Origin: Octopus sinensis
Lineage: Eukaryota
Assembly (NCBI RefSeq): GCF_006345805.1
Contig: NC_042999.1
Coordinates: 12,710,001 to 12,774,000 of the forward strand
Length of the DNA: 64,000 nt
Reading direction: 5' to 3'
Positions 24,191 to 34,829 of the stretch are shown here, in pieces. Position 1 is the stretch's first letter. Each line of letters opens with the position of its first letter. A program made the position numbers and the translations under genes. The notes under the pieces were generated by a model. That model was not told the origin of the DNA, made no database searches, and saw nothing but the letters and a program-made list of their open reading frames with translations.

Positions 24191-24873
24191 ATTGCACATT
24201 CTCTGGCAACAACTTCCAAAATAAAGAAGTCTTTCAGAACCCACAAGACACTTGCAGTACTTGCCAATGCCAAGAGGGCACAGTTGTATGTAATAAGAAA
24301 TTCTGTCCAACTTTGCACTGCACTCATCCCAACCAAGAGCCTGGAGAATGCTGTCAGTCATGCCAAAACTGCAACTACTTTTCCCAGACCTATAGGGATA
24401 GCAAAGTATTTGCCAACCCAGAGAATCCTTGTGAAACTTGTCACTGTGAGAAAGGATCAGTGAGATGTCAGACAAGTCAGTGTCCCCCAGTCTCATGTAC
24501 TCATCCTTCAAAACAAAACACTTGTTGTCCTAAATGTGCCAGTTGTGATTTTGATGGGCATGAGATTCAGGACAGGCAAAAGTTTGCCCATCCGGCTGAC
24601 GAGTGTCAAATTTGTGAATGCATGGAAGGCAGTGTGATATGTACTCAGAAAGAATGTCAGCCAGTCACCTGTAATAACCCAGTTATTAATTCTTGCTGCC
24701 CAGTTTGTGCTGACTGTCTTTATGAAGGGAGAGCTTTAAGAAACCAACAGAGGTTTGCTCACGAAACGGACAGTTGTCAAATATGCCAATGTCTTGATGG
24801 AAATATTCACTGCACTGTTGAGAAATGTCCTGATGTGGAATGTACTCATCCTGCTAAGAAACACTGTTGCAAG
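24191..24873 (+). CDS. KCP: KCP-like exon 9 (nearly four VWC modules)
   Basis: ttacag|ATTGC...TGCAAG|gtatat; 683 nt, lies within ORF 24166-24897; phase 1 to 0. Confidence 0.95.
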
Positions 24874-25059
24874 GTATATTCTTTTAAACAATTTTAATCT
24901 CTATTTTCTAAAAGAAGTTTCTTTTATTGTTTTTGCAGATTCTACACGGTGTGTTTAGCACTTTTGTTCCTACATTTCGGATGAAATACATTTATTTCAA
25001 TTGATTTTGAAAATAATGATGATGTCATTATTTACCTTTTTGTTGCCATATTTTTAATG

Positions 25060-25257
25060 AAAACACTGTCTTTGTTCCAATTAATTTTTAAAATAATCAA
25101 AAATGTAGTAAAATCACTTTGTCGTTATTTATCGGGTGTTTGAAACATTAATTGACATGAAATTTTGTTGGAAACTTAATTTAGATCACTTAAAAACAAG
25201 AAGCTTGTAATATAGAACCAGGTGTGGTTTCAGGTGGGTTGGTATCAAAAGGATTAA
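25060..25257 (+). mobile_element. AT-rich MITE remnant with TTAA-type end (piggyBac-like)
   Basis: Ends GGTATCAAAAGGATTAA; related pieces at about 7010-7270, 15690-15790, 18060-18175, 43960-44212, 59040-59200, 61170-61620. Confidence 0.55.
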
Positions 25258-26431
25258 TTGGTAGAATGTAGCAAATAGCTCTTTAAATTAATTACTTTCT
25301 TTCAAATGGAAGTTGTATGTTGAATGGCCTAAACCTTAGACTTGTATGCTGTACTATAATTATGATTGGGTTGCGACTAAAACATACAATGTGCAGCATA
25401 TCCAAATTGATTTGTCAAATATATTTGCATATTCAGCTCCCTACATTTATAAGTTTGAGGTTGCTTCCCTACTTAAAGTTGGTGGCAGAAGTTTTCAGTT
25501 ATCATGTCTGTTGTTAGCTGTCAGGACACTGTATTCTTCAAAAATTCTATGCTTCCCAAAATTCATCAACACTACTCCTGATGTGCCCATCCACCCTTTC
25601 CTCTTTATGGCTCTTTTACTGTTCACTTTGCCATCCATTTGTATTTTCTTCTGTGAACTATGCATATATTTTTGTCTTTCATTGCTGACTTTCTTTATAT
25701 TGCCATTTTCTGTACCTTCTTTTTTTTTATCCTTTTCTGATGAGTTGTACTGCACCTGTGCATTCTTCTGTTTTTATCTCAGGTTTTTCTGCAATTCCTA
25801 AAGTGTTGCATTCATAGCAGGCTTACTGCCTGCAGTCTACAGTATCATGTTGTTTGTTCTTTTCAACTATCTAATATGTCCCTGATTTTTCTGGCCATGC
25901 CAAGGAGGCAATCCTTTTGTAACGGCCCTTTCTAGGCACTGTTTTTTCTTATATTCCGATTGATGCTTTCTGATACTGTCCTCAAGGACTCAACAATAAT
26001 TGGCACTATCTTCACATTCCATAGTCAGGCTATCATTTATTTAAGAGGATTGTATATGTTTCTTTTTTTTTTTGCCTTCTTTCTCAGAATATACATAAAA
26101 TTTTTTTTTTTTACAAACTGATTAAAGTTAGATATTTATAGCTGTTGTCTTTTTTGTAGATAAATATATTTCATATGCATTTGAAGTGTATAAATATATT
26201 TTGTTTGTGTGACCTGACACATAACTTGTGCCTTGAAAAAATCATCCAATACACTTTGAAAATTAGTTGGCATTAGGAAGGTCATACAACCATAGAAACC
26301 ATGTTTAAAACAAGACTTTGGAGACCAATGTAGCCCTCAGGCTAGTTGGATCCTGTTAAATCTCCTAACCCATACCAACATGGAATATGAATGTTAGCTG
26401 GTGATAATGAGTTGTAATTATATTTAATAAA

Positions 26432-26647
26432 GCAGTGAGATGGCAGAATCGTTATCATGCCAGGCAAAATGCTTTGTGGCATTTTGTCTGTCTTTACTTT
26501 CTGAGTTCAAATTCCACTGAGGCTGACTTTACCTTTCATCCTTTTGGAGTCAATAAAATAAGTACCAGTTGATCACTGGGGGGTTGGTGTAATCGACTTA
26601 GCTCCTCCCCGAAATTGCTGGCCTTGTGCCAAAATTTGAAACCAATA
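26432..26647 (+). mobile_element. tRNA-derived Meta-like SINE
   Basis: TGGCAGAATCG A box, GAGTTCAAATTCC B box, CCTTTCATCCTTTTGGAGTCAATAAAATAAGTACCAG body; older copy at 26858-27055. Confidence 0.75.
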
Positions 26648-27059
26648 TATTGTAAATAATAAATAATAATAAACTAACTTGAAATAGCTGAATATTGTTA
26701 ATAAATTGAAACATCTGTAAATTCTTTTTATTAAAAAATAACAGATCCAGCTGATGGGAGGCAGGGGGTGCATAATAAAAAGTTTGAGGGTAGATTTAAA
26801 AGAGTCTTCACTCATAAACAAATAAACAGCATAAATGTTGTTGCTGCTGTTGTCAGCTGACAGAATCATTGGGCAAAATGCTTGGCTGCATTTCTGCCAA
26901 CTCCAGACATTCTGACTTGAAATTCATCTGACTTCAACTTTACCTTTCATCCTTTATGGTTAGTAAAATAAGTACCATTGGAACACTGGAGTTGATTATA
27001 ATTAACTTATCCCTTCCTTTAAATTGTTCACCTTGTGCTAAAATTTGAAGCAATTATCA

Positions 27060-28045
27060 ATATTATTGTTATTCCTGAGTTAACGATGTCAAATCTCAGT
27101 TCCTCCTCAACACCTGTGCCATTCTTGGTATTGCTGCCAACTATGAACTTCCTACGAAGTTTGGTATTTGCAGATTTTCATACCAGAATATTGCTTTCTT
27201 TGAGATGGTTCCAAGTGCACTGATCTTGAAAGATACCACACACACTTTTGAGGCTTTCTTGATGCATTTCATTTACAATGCTAAGTCTTAATGCTCTTTA
27301 GACTTTCTCATTCTCTGTCTTCACAATATTCTGATCTGCAGGTATAGCTACGTCAATTAAATTCCATTCTTTGAGCTCCTTCCAGACAAGAATGATATCT
27401 GCTCAGTTCTGATACAGCTTCTCTATTTAGATTAGAAAATCCCATGTGTCTTCTACCAAATCATTCTCTGCTACCGACAAAGCTTGGTGCTCCTACCATC
27501 TATTGGCACATTGCACATTGCAGTTTTCTGCAAAAGTCCCACTGTATTTGCTTTGCAACTTTGTCATGACATTTTTTCGTACTTCTCATACGTGATACGG
27601 CTGCTGTCTTATCAATGCTTCACTCAGTTGGTTCATAAAGCTTGTTCTTGAGCAACAAGGATCAGTCTTTCTGTTTCCTTCTTCAAGATTCTTTATCAGC
27701 TTCATCTGATGTTTTTGGGGGAAAGACTCTCTGTTGATGATCTTCTTTTAATTACTCCTCATATTGTACTCCTGGAGGGTCTCACCATTGTCACTGATCA
27801 CCTTTTACTCAGTGCAGTCTGCAACCTCTCAGATAGGTATGCAGAGACTATATTATTATTATTATTATTTCTTATATCACAGATTTTGTTGGAGCTCCTG
27901 GAATCTTACATGCATTTTCCAAAGCCAGGCTATTTTGTACATAAAAAGGTTGTATTTATTTTTTGCCTTCCTTCTTGATTATTCATGGGTCAAAGGGGCA
28001 TGCAACATCAGTGGAGCATCTTGTCAACCACCACTTGGTCCGGTC
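27060..28045 (-). mobile_element. R4/Dong-type LINE remnants (restriction-like endonuclease)
   Basis: Minus-strand peptides RHDKVAKQIQWDFCRK, DIILVW...IDVAIPADQN..EK and DVACPFD; (TAA)n at 27850-27870. Confidence 0.65.
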
Positions 28046-28203
28046 TTCTTCTTCTTCTTCTTCTTCTTCTTCTTCTTTCTTCTTCTTCTTCTTCTTCTTC
28101 TTCTTCTTCTTCTTCTTCTTCTTCTTCTCCTCCTCCTCCTCCTCCTCCTCCTCCTCCGCTCCTCCTCCTCCTCCTCCTCCTCCCCCTCCTCCTCCTCCTC
28201 GAC
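28044..28203. repeat. (TTC)n then (CTC)n polypyrimidine tract
   Basis: About 160 nt almost purely C/T on the + strand. Confidence 0.95.
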
Positions 28204-28409
28204 CCCTCTGTCCGGCATTCGCCATGATAGATCGCTAGCCACTACACATTCTTTATTTTATCTCCTTGTTTCTTTATGTGCTCCTTTCTGTGGAAAAGCG
28301 TAGGCTCGAAACGTTAAAGACTGTTTTTACTTCCCGAGCGTTAAACTAATACATCTATTTGTTGTCTACACCACCTGTCTTCGTCTTTTACTTTTTGTAA
28401 ATTCTCGCT

Positions 28410-28410
<1 letters not shown>
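28203..28410 (+). mobile_element. Probable Penelope-like element terminal fragment with hammerhead-like motif
   Basis: Second copy at 58192-58370 (shared GCCATGATA.ATC.CTAGCCACTACAC...); both run into (TA)n. Confidence 0.6.
28284..28319 (+). ncRNA. Minimal type-I hammerhead ribozyme-like motif (non-canonical core)
   Basis: CUUU-CUGUGGA-A-AAGC-GUAG-GCUC-GAAAC-GUU-AAAG; stem I CUUU/AAAG, stem II AGC/GCU. Confidence 0.55.
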
Positions 28411-29600
<1,190 letters not shown>

Positions 29601-29602
29601 AC

Positions 29603-30721
29603 ATCGTGCTGTGGGCACATAACAAACACCATCTGATCATGGCCGTTCGCCAGCCTCATCTAGCACCTGTGTCGGTGGCACATAAAAACACCATCCGAAG
29701 ACCTGGCAAGACTAGTTAGACCTTATCCCATGGCCCCTACCTGGGACGTAGTCAGTCCACCTGTGCATACCTTCCTCCTTGTGATACTTGTGAAGGCCTG
29801 TTGAGGCAAGTGAAAATCAAAATGAAATCAAAACAAATCAAATCAAATCAAAACAAATCAAAATAGATGAACATTAATGGAATTGTATCTTGTGGTACCA
29901 GTGCCGGTGGCACACAAGAAAACCATCCGACTGGCCTCCGTGCTGTGGGTACGTAACAAACACCATCCGATCGTGGCCGTTCGCCAGCCTCATCTGGCAC
30001 CTGTGTCGGTGGCACATAAAAACACCATCCGAAGACCCGGCAAGACTAGTCAGGCCATAACCTGTGGCCCCTACCTGGGACGTAGTCAGTCCACCTGTGC
30101 ATACCTTCCTTCTTGTGACACTTGTGAAGACCTGTTGAGGCAAGTGAAAATCAAAACAAATCAAAATAGATGAACATCAATGGAATTTGTATCTTTGTGG
30201 TACCAGTGCTGGTGGCACGTGGCACACAAGAAAACCATCCGAACGTGGCCGTAGCCAGTACCGCATCGACTGGCCTCCGTGCTGTGGGCATGTAACAAAC
30301 ACCATCCGATCGTGGCCGTTTGCCAGCCTCATCTGGCACCTGTGTCGGTGGCACATAAAAACACCATCCGAGCGTGGCCGTCTGCCAGCCTCGTCTGGCA
30401 CCTGTGTCGGTGGCACATAAAAACACCATCCGAGCGTGGCCGTCTGCCAGCCTCGTCTGGCACCTGTGTCGGTGGCACATAAAAACACCATCCGAGCGTG
30501 GCCGTTTGCCAGCCTCGTCTGGCACCTGTGTCGGTGGCACATAAAATCACCCACTACACTCTCGGAGTGGTTGGCGTTAGGAAGGGCATCCAGCTGTAGA
30601 AACACTGCCAGATCTGACTGGACTGGTGCAGCCTTCGGGCTTCCCAGACCCCAGTTGAACCGTCCAACCCATGCTAGCATGGAAAGCGGACGTTAAATGA
30701 TGATGATGATGATGATGATGA
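29603..30721 (+). mobile_element. RTE-A young subfamily, 3'-UTR-only multimer with 62-bp VNTR
   Basis: Junction ACCATCC-GAAGACC at 29697 and 30031; four 62-bp units; conserved terminus; (GAT)n. Confidence 0.88.
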
Positions 30722-30825
30722 TATAGATTGATAGATAGATAGAGAGAAAGAGAGAGATAGAGAGATAGATAGATAGGTAGGTAGGTAGGTTAGTAGGTAG
30801 GTAGGTAGGTAGGTAGGTAGGTACA
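30722..30825. repeat. (TAGA)n/(TAGG)n tetranucleotide microsatellite
   Basis: Direct reading. Confidence 0.9.
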
Positions 30826-31059
30826 TACATGGTGGCTGCCCCCTCGTTACCGAGTATGGCCATTGCACGAAGCTTAATCAATGTTGTTATCATGCAATGC
30901 CAGTGCAAGAAGATTTTTTTAAAGTGGTGAAAGGTTGTGCACTGAGTCAATCTCACTCACTATGCAACAGTAGCCATTTTTCGGATCACCAATACTTTAT
31001 TATCTCTTCTTCTTCTTCTTCTTTCCTCCTCCTCCTCCTCCTCTGCTGCTGCTGCTGCT

Positions 31060-32080
31060 CGGGTTCGTTCTCTTGATAATCTTTCCTGTCCTTAAGAGGC
31101 AAACTTTCTGTAGAATCTCTACTGGGCATTCTATTCCAATCTCATCCAACCCTTTGTCTATGTCTTTGCTTACAGTTCCCAATGCAATATTTATGGCAGG
31201 CACAACCTTTACAATTTTCATATTCCAAATTCTTGCAATTTCAAAGTGTTAAGGGATTGTTTTTGTTTTTCTTCTTTCTTCATGATCCTAGAATAAAATG
31301 GATCAATTAGGAGGCAACTTCACTTTCTCTTGTCTATTATTATTATGTCTAGTATATTATTTTGTTGCTTCTTGTCTGTTGGAAAGTCCCGCAGAATCTT
31401 ACAATTCTCTGACTCCAGCACTCTTTTGACCTGATATTCATACCATGTGTCTCCAGCACCAAATCCCTATTTCTGGCAAAGCTTTCAATGGAAAACTTTT
31501 ACAGCTTGGTCATGCCTCCATTTCTTATATTCTTCATGTGCAAATTAGGACATTCTGCAACAATGCATGCCACTGTCTTGTTCCTAGTTCCACAGATTAT
31601 ACATTTTTCCTCATATTATTTGTTTTTATTGCTTGATCCTGGGCTACTACAATTAGGCTCTCTGTTTCTTTTTCTAATTACCTTTTTTTTTGAAAACCAA
31701 GCCCAGGATTTTGTTCCACATACAACTTCAGTGGCTCTCCAAAATTGCAGAGCTTTCTCTTCACTCTATCTAGCATGCTCTCTTTGAATCTCATTCTTAT
31801 CCTTTTCTCCTATTCCACACTTGATTACCTGTCCCTTATTCACTGTCTTTAATAGTTTCTTTGCACTGTTCTGTAAATATTCTAGTATGCCTTTTCTTTC
31901 TATCTTTACACACCTTTTCATGGCAATTAAGCCTCTTCCACCCTAGTCATTCTTCAGGTACAGCCAGTTGATATTGCCTTTCAGATGGTGGGCTCCATAC
32001 GTTGTCAACAGCTTTCTAATTTTTCTGTCAAGTTTCTGTGTGTCGTTTTTGGTCCAGTCTACAATTCCAAATCCATATCT
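31060..32080 (-). mobile_element. R4/Dong-type LINE remnant
   Basis: C-terminal VVPAINIALGTVSK...LQKVCLLRTGKIIKR peptide, then (CAG)n(GAG)n(AAG)n on the minus strand. Confidence 0.6.
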
Positions 32081-32135
32081 GATTAATGGGTACTGCTCTT
32101 GCATTTATTGCTTTTATTCTTCTTCTTATTAACAG

Positions 32136-32336
32136 GAATGCCACGACTGTTCATATAATGGAACTGAATATGGTAACAACATGGTCTTCCGAGATCCAAT
32201 CAACCCGTGTCAGAGATGTATCTGTAAAGATGGAAACATTAATTGTCAGGAAAGGCAATGTCCACAAGTTCAGTGTCAGAACCCTAATATTATTGACTGC
32301 TGTCCTGTTTGTGAGGATTGTGTCTATAATAATCAG
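32136..32336 (+). CDS. KCP: KCP-like exon 10
   Basis: taacag|GAATGC...AATCAG|gtactt; ECHDCSYNG...NPCQRCICKDGNINC...DCCPVCEDCVYNNQ; 201 nt, phase 0 to 0. Confidence 0.93.
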
Positions 32337-32817
32337 GTACTTAGTGTGTTTTTGATGGGCGTTGAAGTATAACAATATGATCAATATATTTGACAGTTCT
32401 ATTTAATGCAGTTTTTAATATTATTACAAACATTATCTACCCATCCTTCTCAATCATAGCTTATAACTATCAAGTGATATTAAGGGGACATACACACACG
32501 CACAAAAGCATATATGGTGGCCTATTAAATCCACTTACAAGGCTTTGATTGGCCTAAGGCTTTAGTAGAAGACACTTGCCCAAAGTGTAGTGGGACCAGA
32601 CTCCTCAAAACCTTGTGATGGGAAGTGAAACTATCCAACTCATGCTAAACTGGAAAAAATGGAGAAATGGAGACGATATATATTTATGAATATTTAATCA
32701 TGTATACCACTATTACGTATGTGCACTTAGTATAGAAACGTGTGTGAATATTGGTATATAGAAATACACCCAAACAGACACACCATCCATTATAATTGTC
32801 GTGTTGTGTTTCTTCAG

Positions 32818-33225
32818 GTCATTAAAAGTGGAAGGACTATTCCGCACGAACAAGATGAATGCCAGGTGTGTACCTGCCAATCAGGCGATCTCCATTGTAC
32901 CAGAAAGGGTTGCAAAGAAGTGACTTGCTCTCATCCTGTGTCTCGAAACTGCTGCCAGGAATGCTCTGACTGTAAATGGAATGCAACATATGTGGTCAGC
33001 AATGGTGGTCAAGTTTTGGACGAATTACAATGCAAAATCTGTGAATGCCATAATGGTGATTTGTATTGCGTTGCAAAAGACTGCCCTGTAACAAGATGTT
33101 CACATCCAGTCAAACAGAAATGTTGTTCTGTGTGTGATGACTGCTTTGTAAATGGTGAGATAATACCAAATGGGAAACAACAACAAATTGGAGAGGATAA
33201 TCCGTGTCGTGTTTGCAAATGTCAG
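32818..33225 (+). CDS. KCP: KCP-like exon 11
   Basis: cttcag|GTCATT...TGTCAG|gtagga; VIKSGRT...NPCRVCKCQ; 408 nt, phase 0 to 0. Confidence 0.93.
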
Positions 33226-33822
33226 GTAGGACAGCTTTTATGTTGAAGCCGTTTCATTACAATTTTCTCTGCTTTCTTGCAGTGGCCTTGGTTTGTCATT
33301 TCTAAAATCTGAATCTGTTTGAATTTCTGTGAGATTTGAGCTTTGAGTCCAAGAGTTCTCTTCTAGAACAGCAGAACCATCAATGTTTCCATTTATTTTC
33401 TTTCACCATTATTCTTGTCTTTTCTTTACAATTTTCTTCTCAATTCTTTTTAAGTCTCAAGTTAATCGAACGAAATGCTGTCCAAACAAACATTTTAGTT
33501 TCATGTTTTTCTCTTTTACTTCCATTTTATCACAGATTCAGTAGACATTACAGCTAGTTTGACACAAATCTAAATATGGCTCTTCCATTAAAGCCAACCA
33601 AGATTGTCAGTAACAATTTTACATTTTTTCAACAGAAGATTATTGAATTTTGCTACCAGTTTATGGTTACTGTTGTTAGTCTTCCTCTGAAGGAGTTTTG
33701 AGCTGATAACCTTTAGAAATATCATAATAATCCAATAATTGAAAGACATTGAAAGTTCAACCTAGCTTGGCCTCATCAGCTTCTCTGTTGTTAGTTATGG
33801 GTATATTTTGGTAGACTACCTA

Positions 33823-34700
33823 TCATCATCATCATCATCGTTTAATATCCGTTTTCCATGCTGGCATGGGTTGGCCGGTTTGAATGGGGTCTGGGAATCC
33901 AGGAGGCTGCACCAGGCACCAATCTGGTCTGCCAGTGTTTCTACAGCTAGATGCCCTTCCTAATGCCAACCACTCTGAGAGTGTAGTGGGTGCTTTTTAC
34001 GTGCCCCCGGCACAGGGCCCACAGGTGGCTGTCATCAACTACGATCGGATGGTGGTTTTTACGTGCCACCGGCATGGAAGCCAGTCAAAGCGGCACTGGC
34101 ATCAGCCATGTTCGGATGGTGCTTTTTATGTGCTTCTGGCATAGGGGTCACAACTACAATTTCCATTTGATTTGATTTTGATATTGCTGTTGACGTTGAT
34201 GTACTTGACTCAATAGCTCTCCTCAAGCACGACATGTCACTCTACAATCCAAGGTACCCCTGAGTGGGTTGGTTATGCAACACTGGTGTAGGTTACAGCT
34301 GTGGACTCACTTTATTTACTGGGTCTTCTCAGTCACAGCATATCTCCAGAGGTCTCACTCTTTTGTCATTGCCTCTGTCCCTCTACCCTGGATTCCATCC
34401 ACTGTTTGCGAGTGGCACTTCTTCACACAGTACTCCTTGTTCATCCGCAGTAAATGACCATACCATACACAGACGTTTTTCTTGCATGCCACATCCTATA
34501 TTTCTTATGTCTAACATTTCTCTCAGGGTTCTTACTCCTTGTCGTGTGTGCACACTGACATTGCACATCCAGCAGATCCTGCTAGCTTCATTTCTTTCGA
34601 GCCTACGCATGTCCTCTGCAGTCACGGCCCATGTTTCACTGCCGTGAAGCATGGCAGTTCGCACACATGCATCGTACAATCTACCTTTCACTTTGAATAA
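33823..34700 (-). mobile_element. RTE family A 3' fragment
   Basis: KGRLYDACVRTAMLHGSETW, UTR modules, (CAT)n tail. Confidence 0.9.
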
Positions 34701-34829
34701 AACATCCAGCTGTATAGCATATATAAATTATAACTCAGAAGAAGCTTCCGAAATGTTTACTTAAGGTTAAAACAATGAAGTATTACAACTTCAGTTATAA
34801 TGTAGCTGTATGTTTAAAATGTTTGGTTT

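Noticed and set aside
30361-30422. CCAGCCTCGTCTGGC resembling the HDV ribozyme P3/L3 region
   Set aside because: No P1, P1.1, P2 or P4 pairings or catalytic C context could be built around it.
30230-30545. Hairpin-containing tandem units as a CRISPR-like array
   Set aside because: Units are contiguous with no unique spacers, lie in a LINE 3' UTR in an animal intron, and there are no cas genes.
33455-33500. TKCCPN peptide as a cryptic VWC exon
   Set aside because: Lacks the other cysteines and is followed by a stop; a chance match.
34700-34820. Short degenerate inverted repeat between two opposed RTE copies
   Set aside because: Only two short blocks pair; probably an old MITE scar with too little signal.
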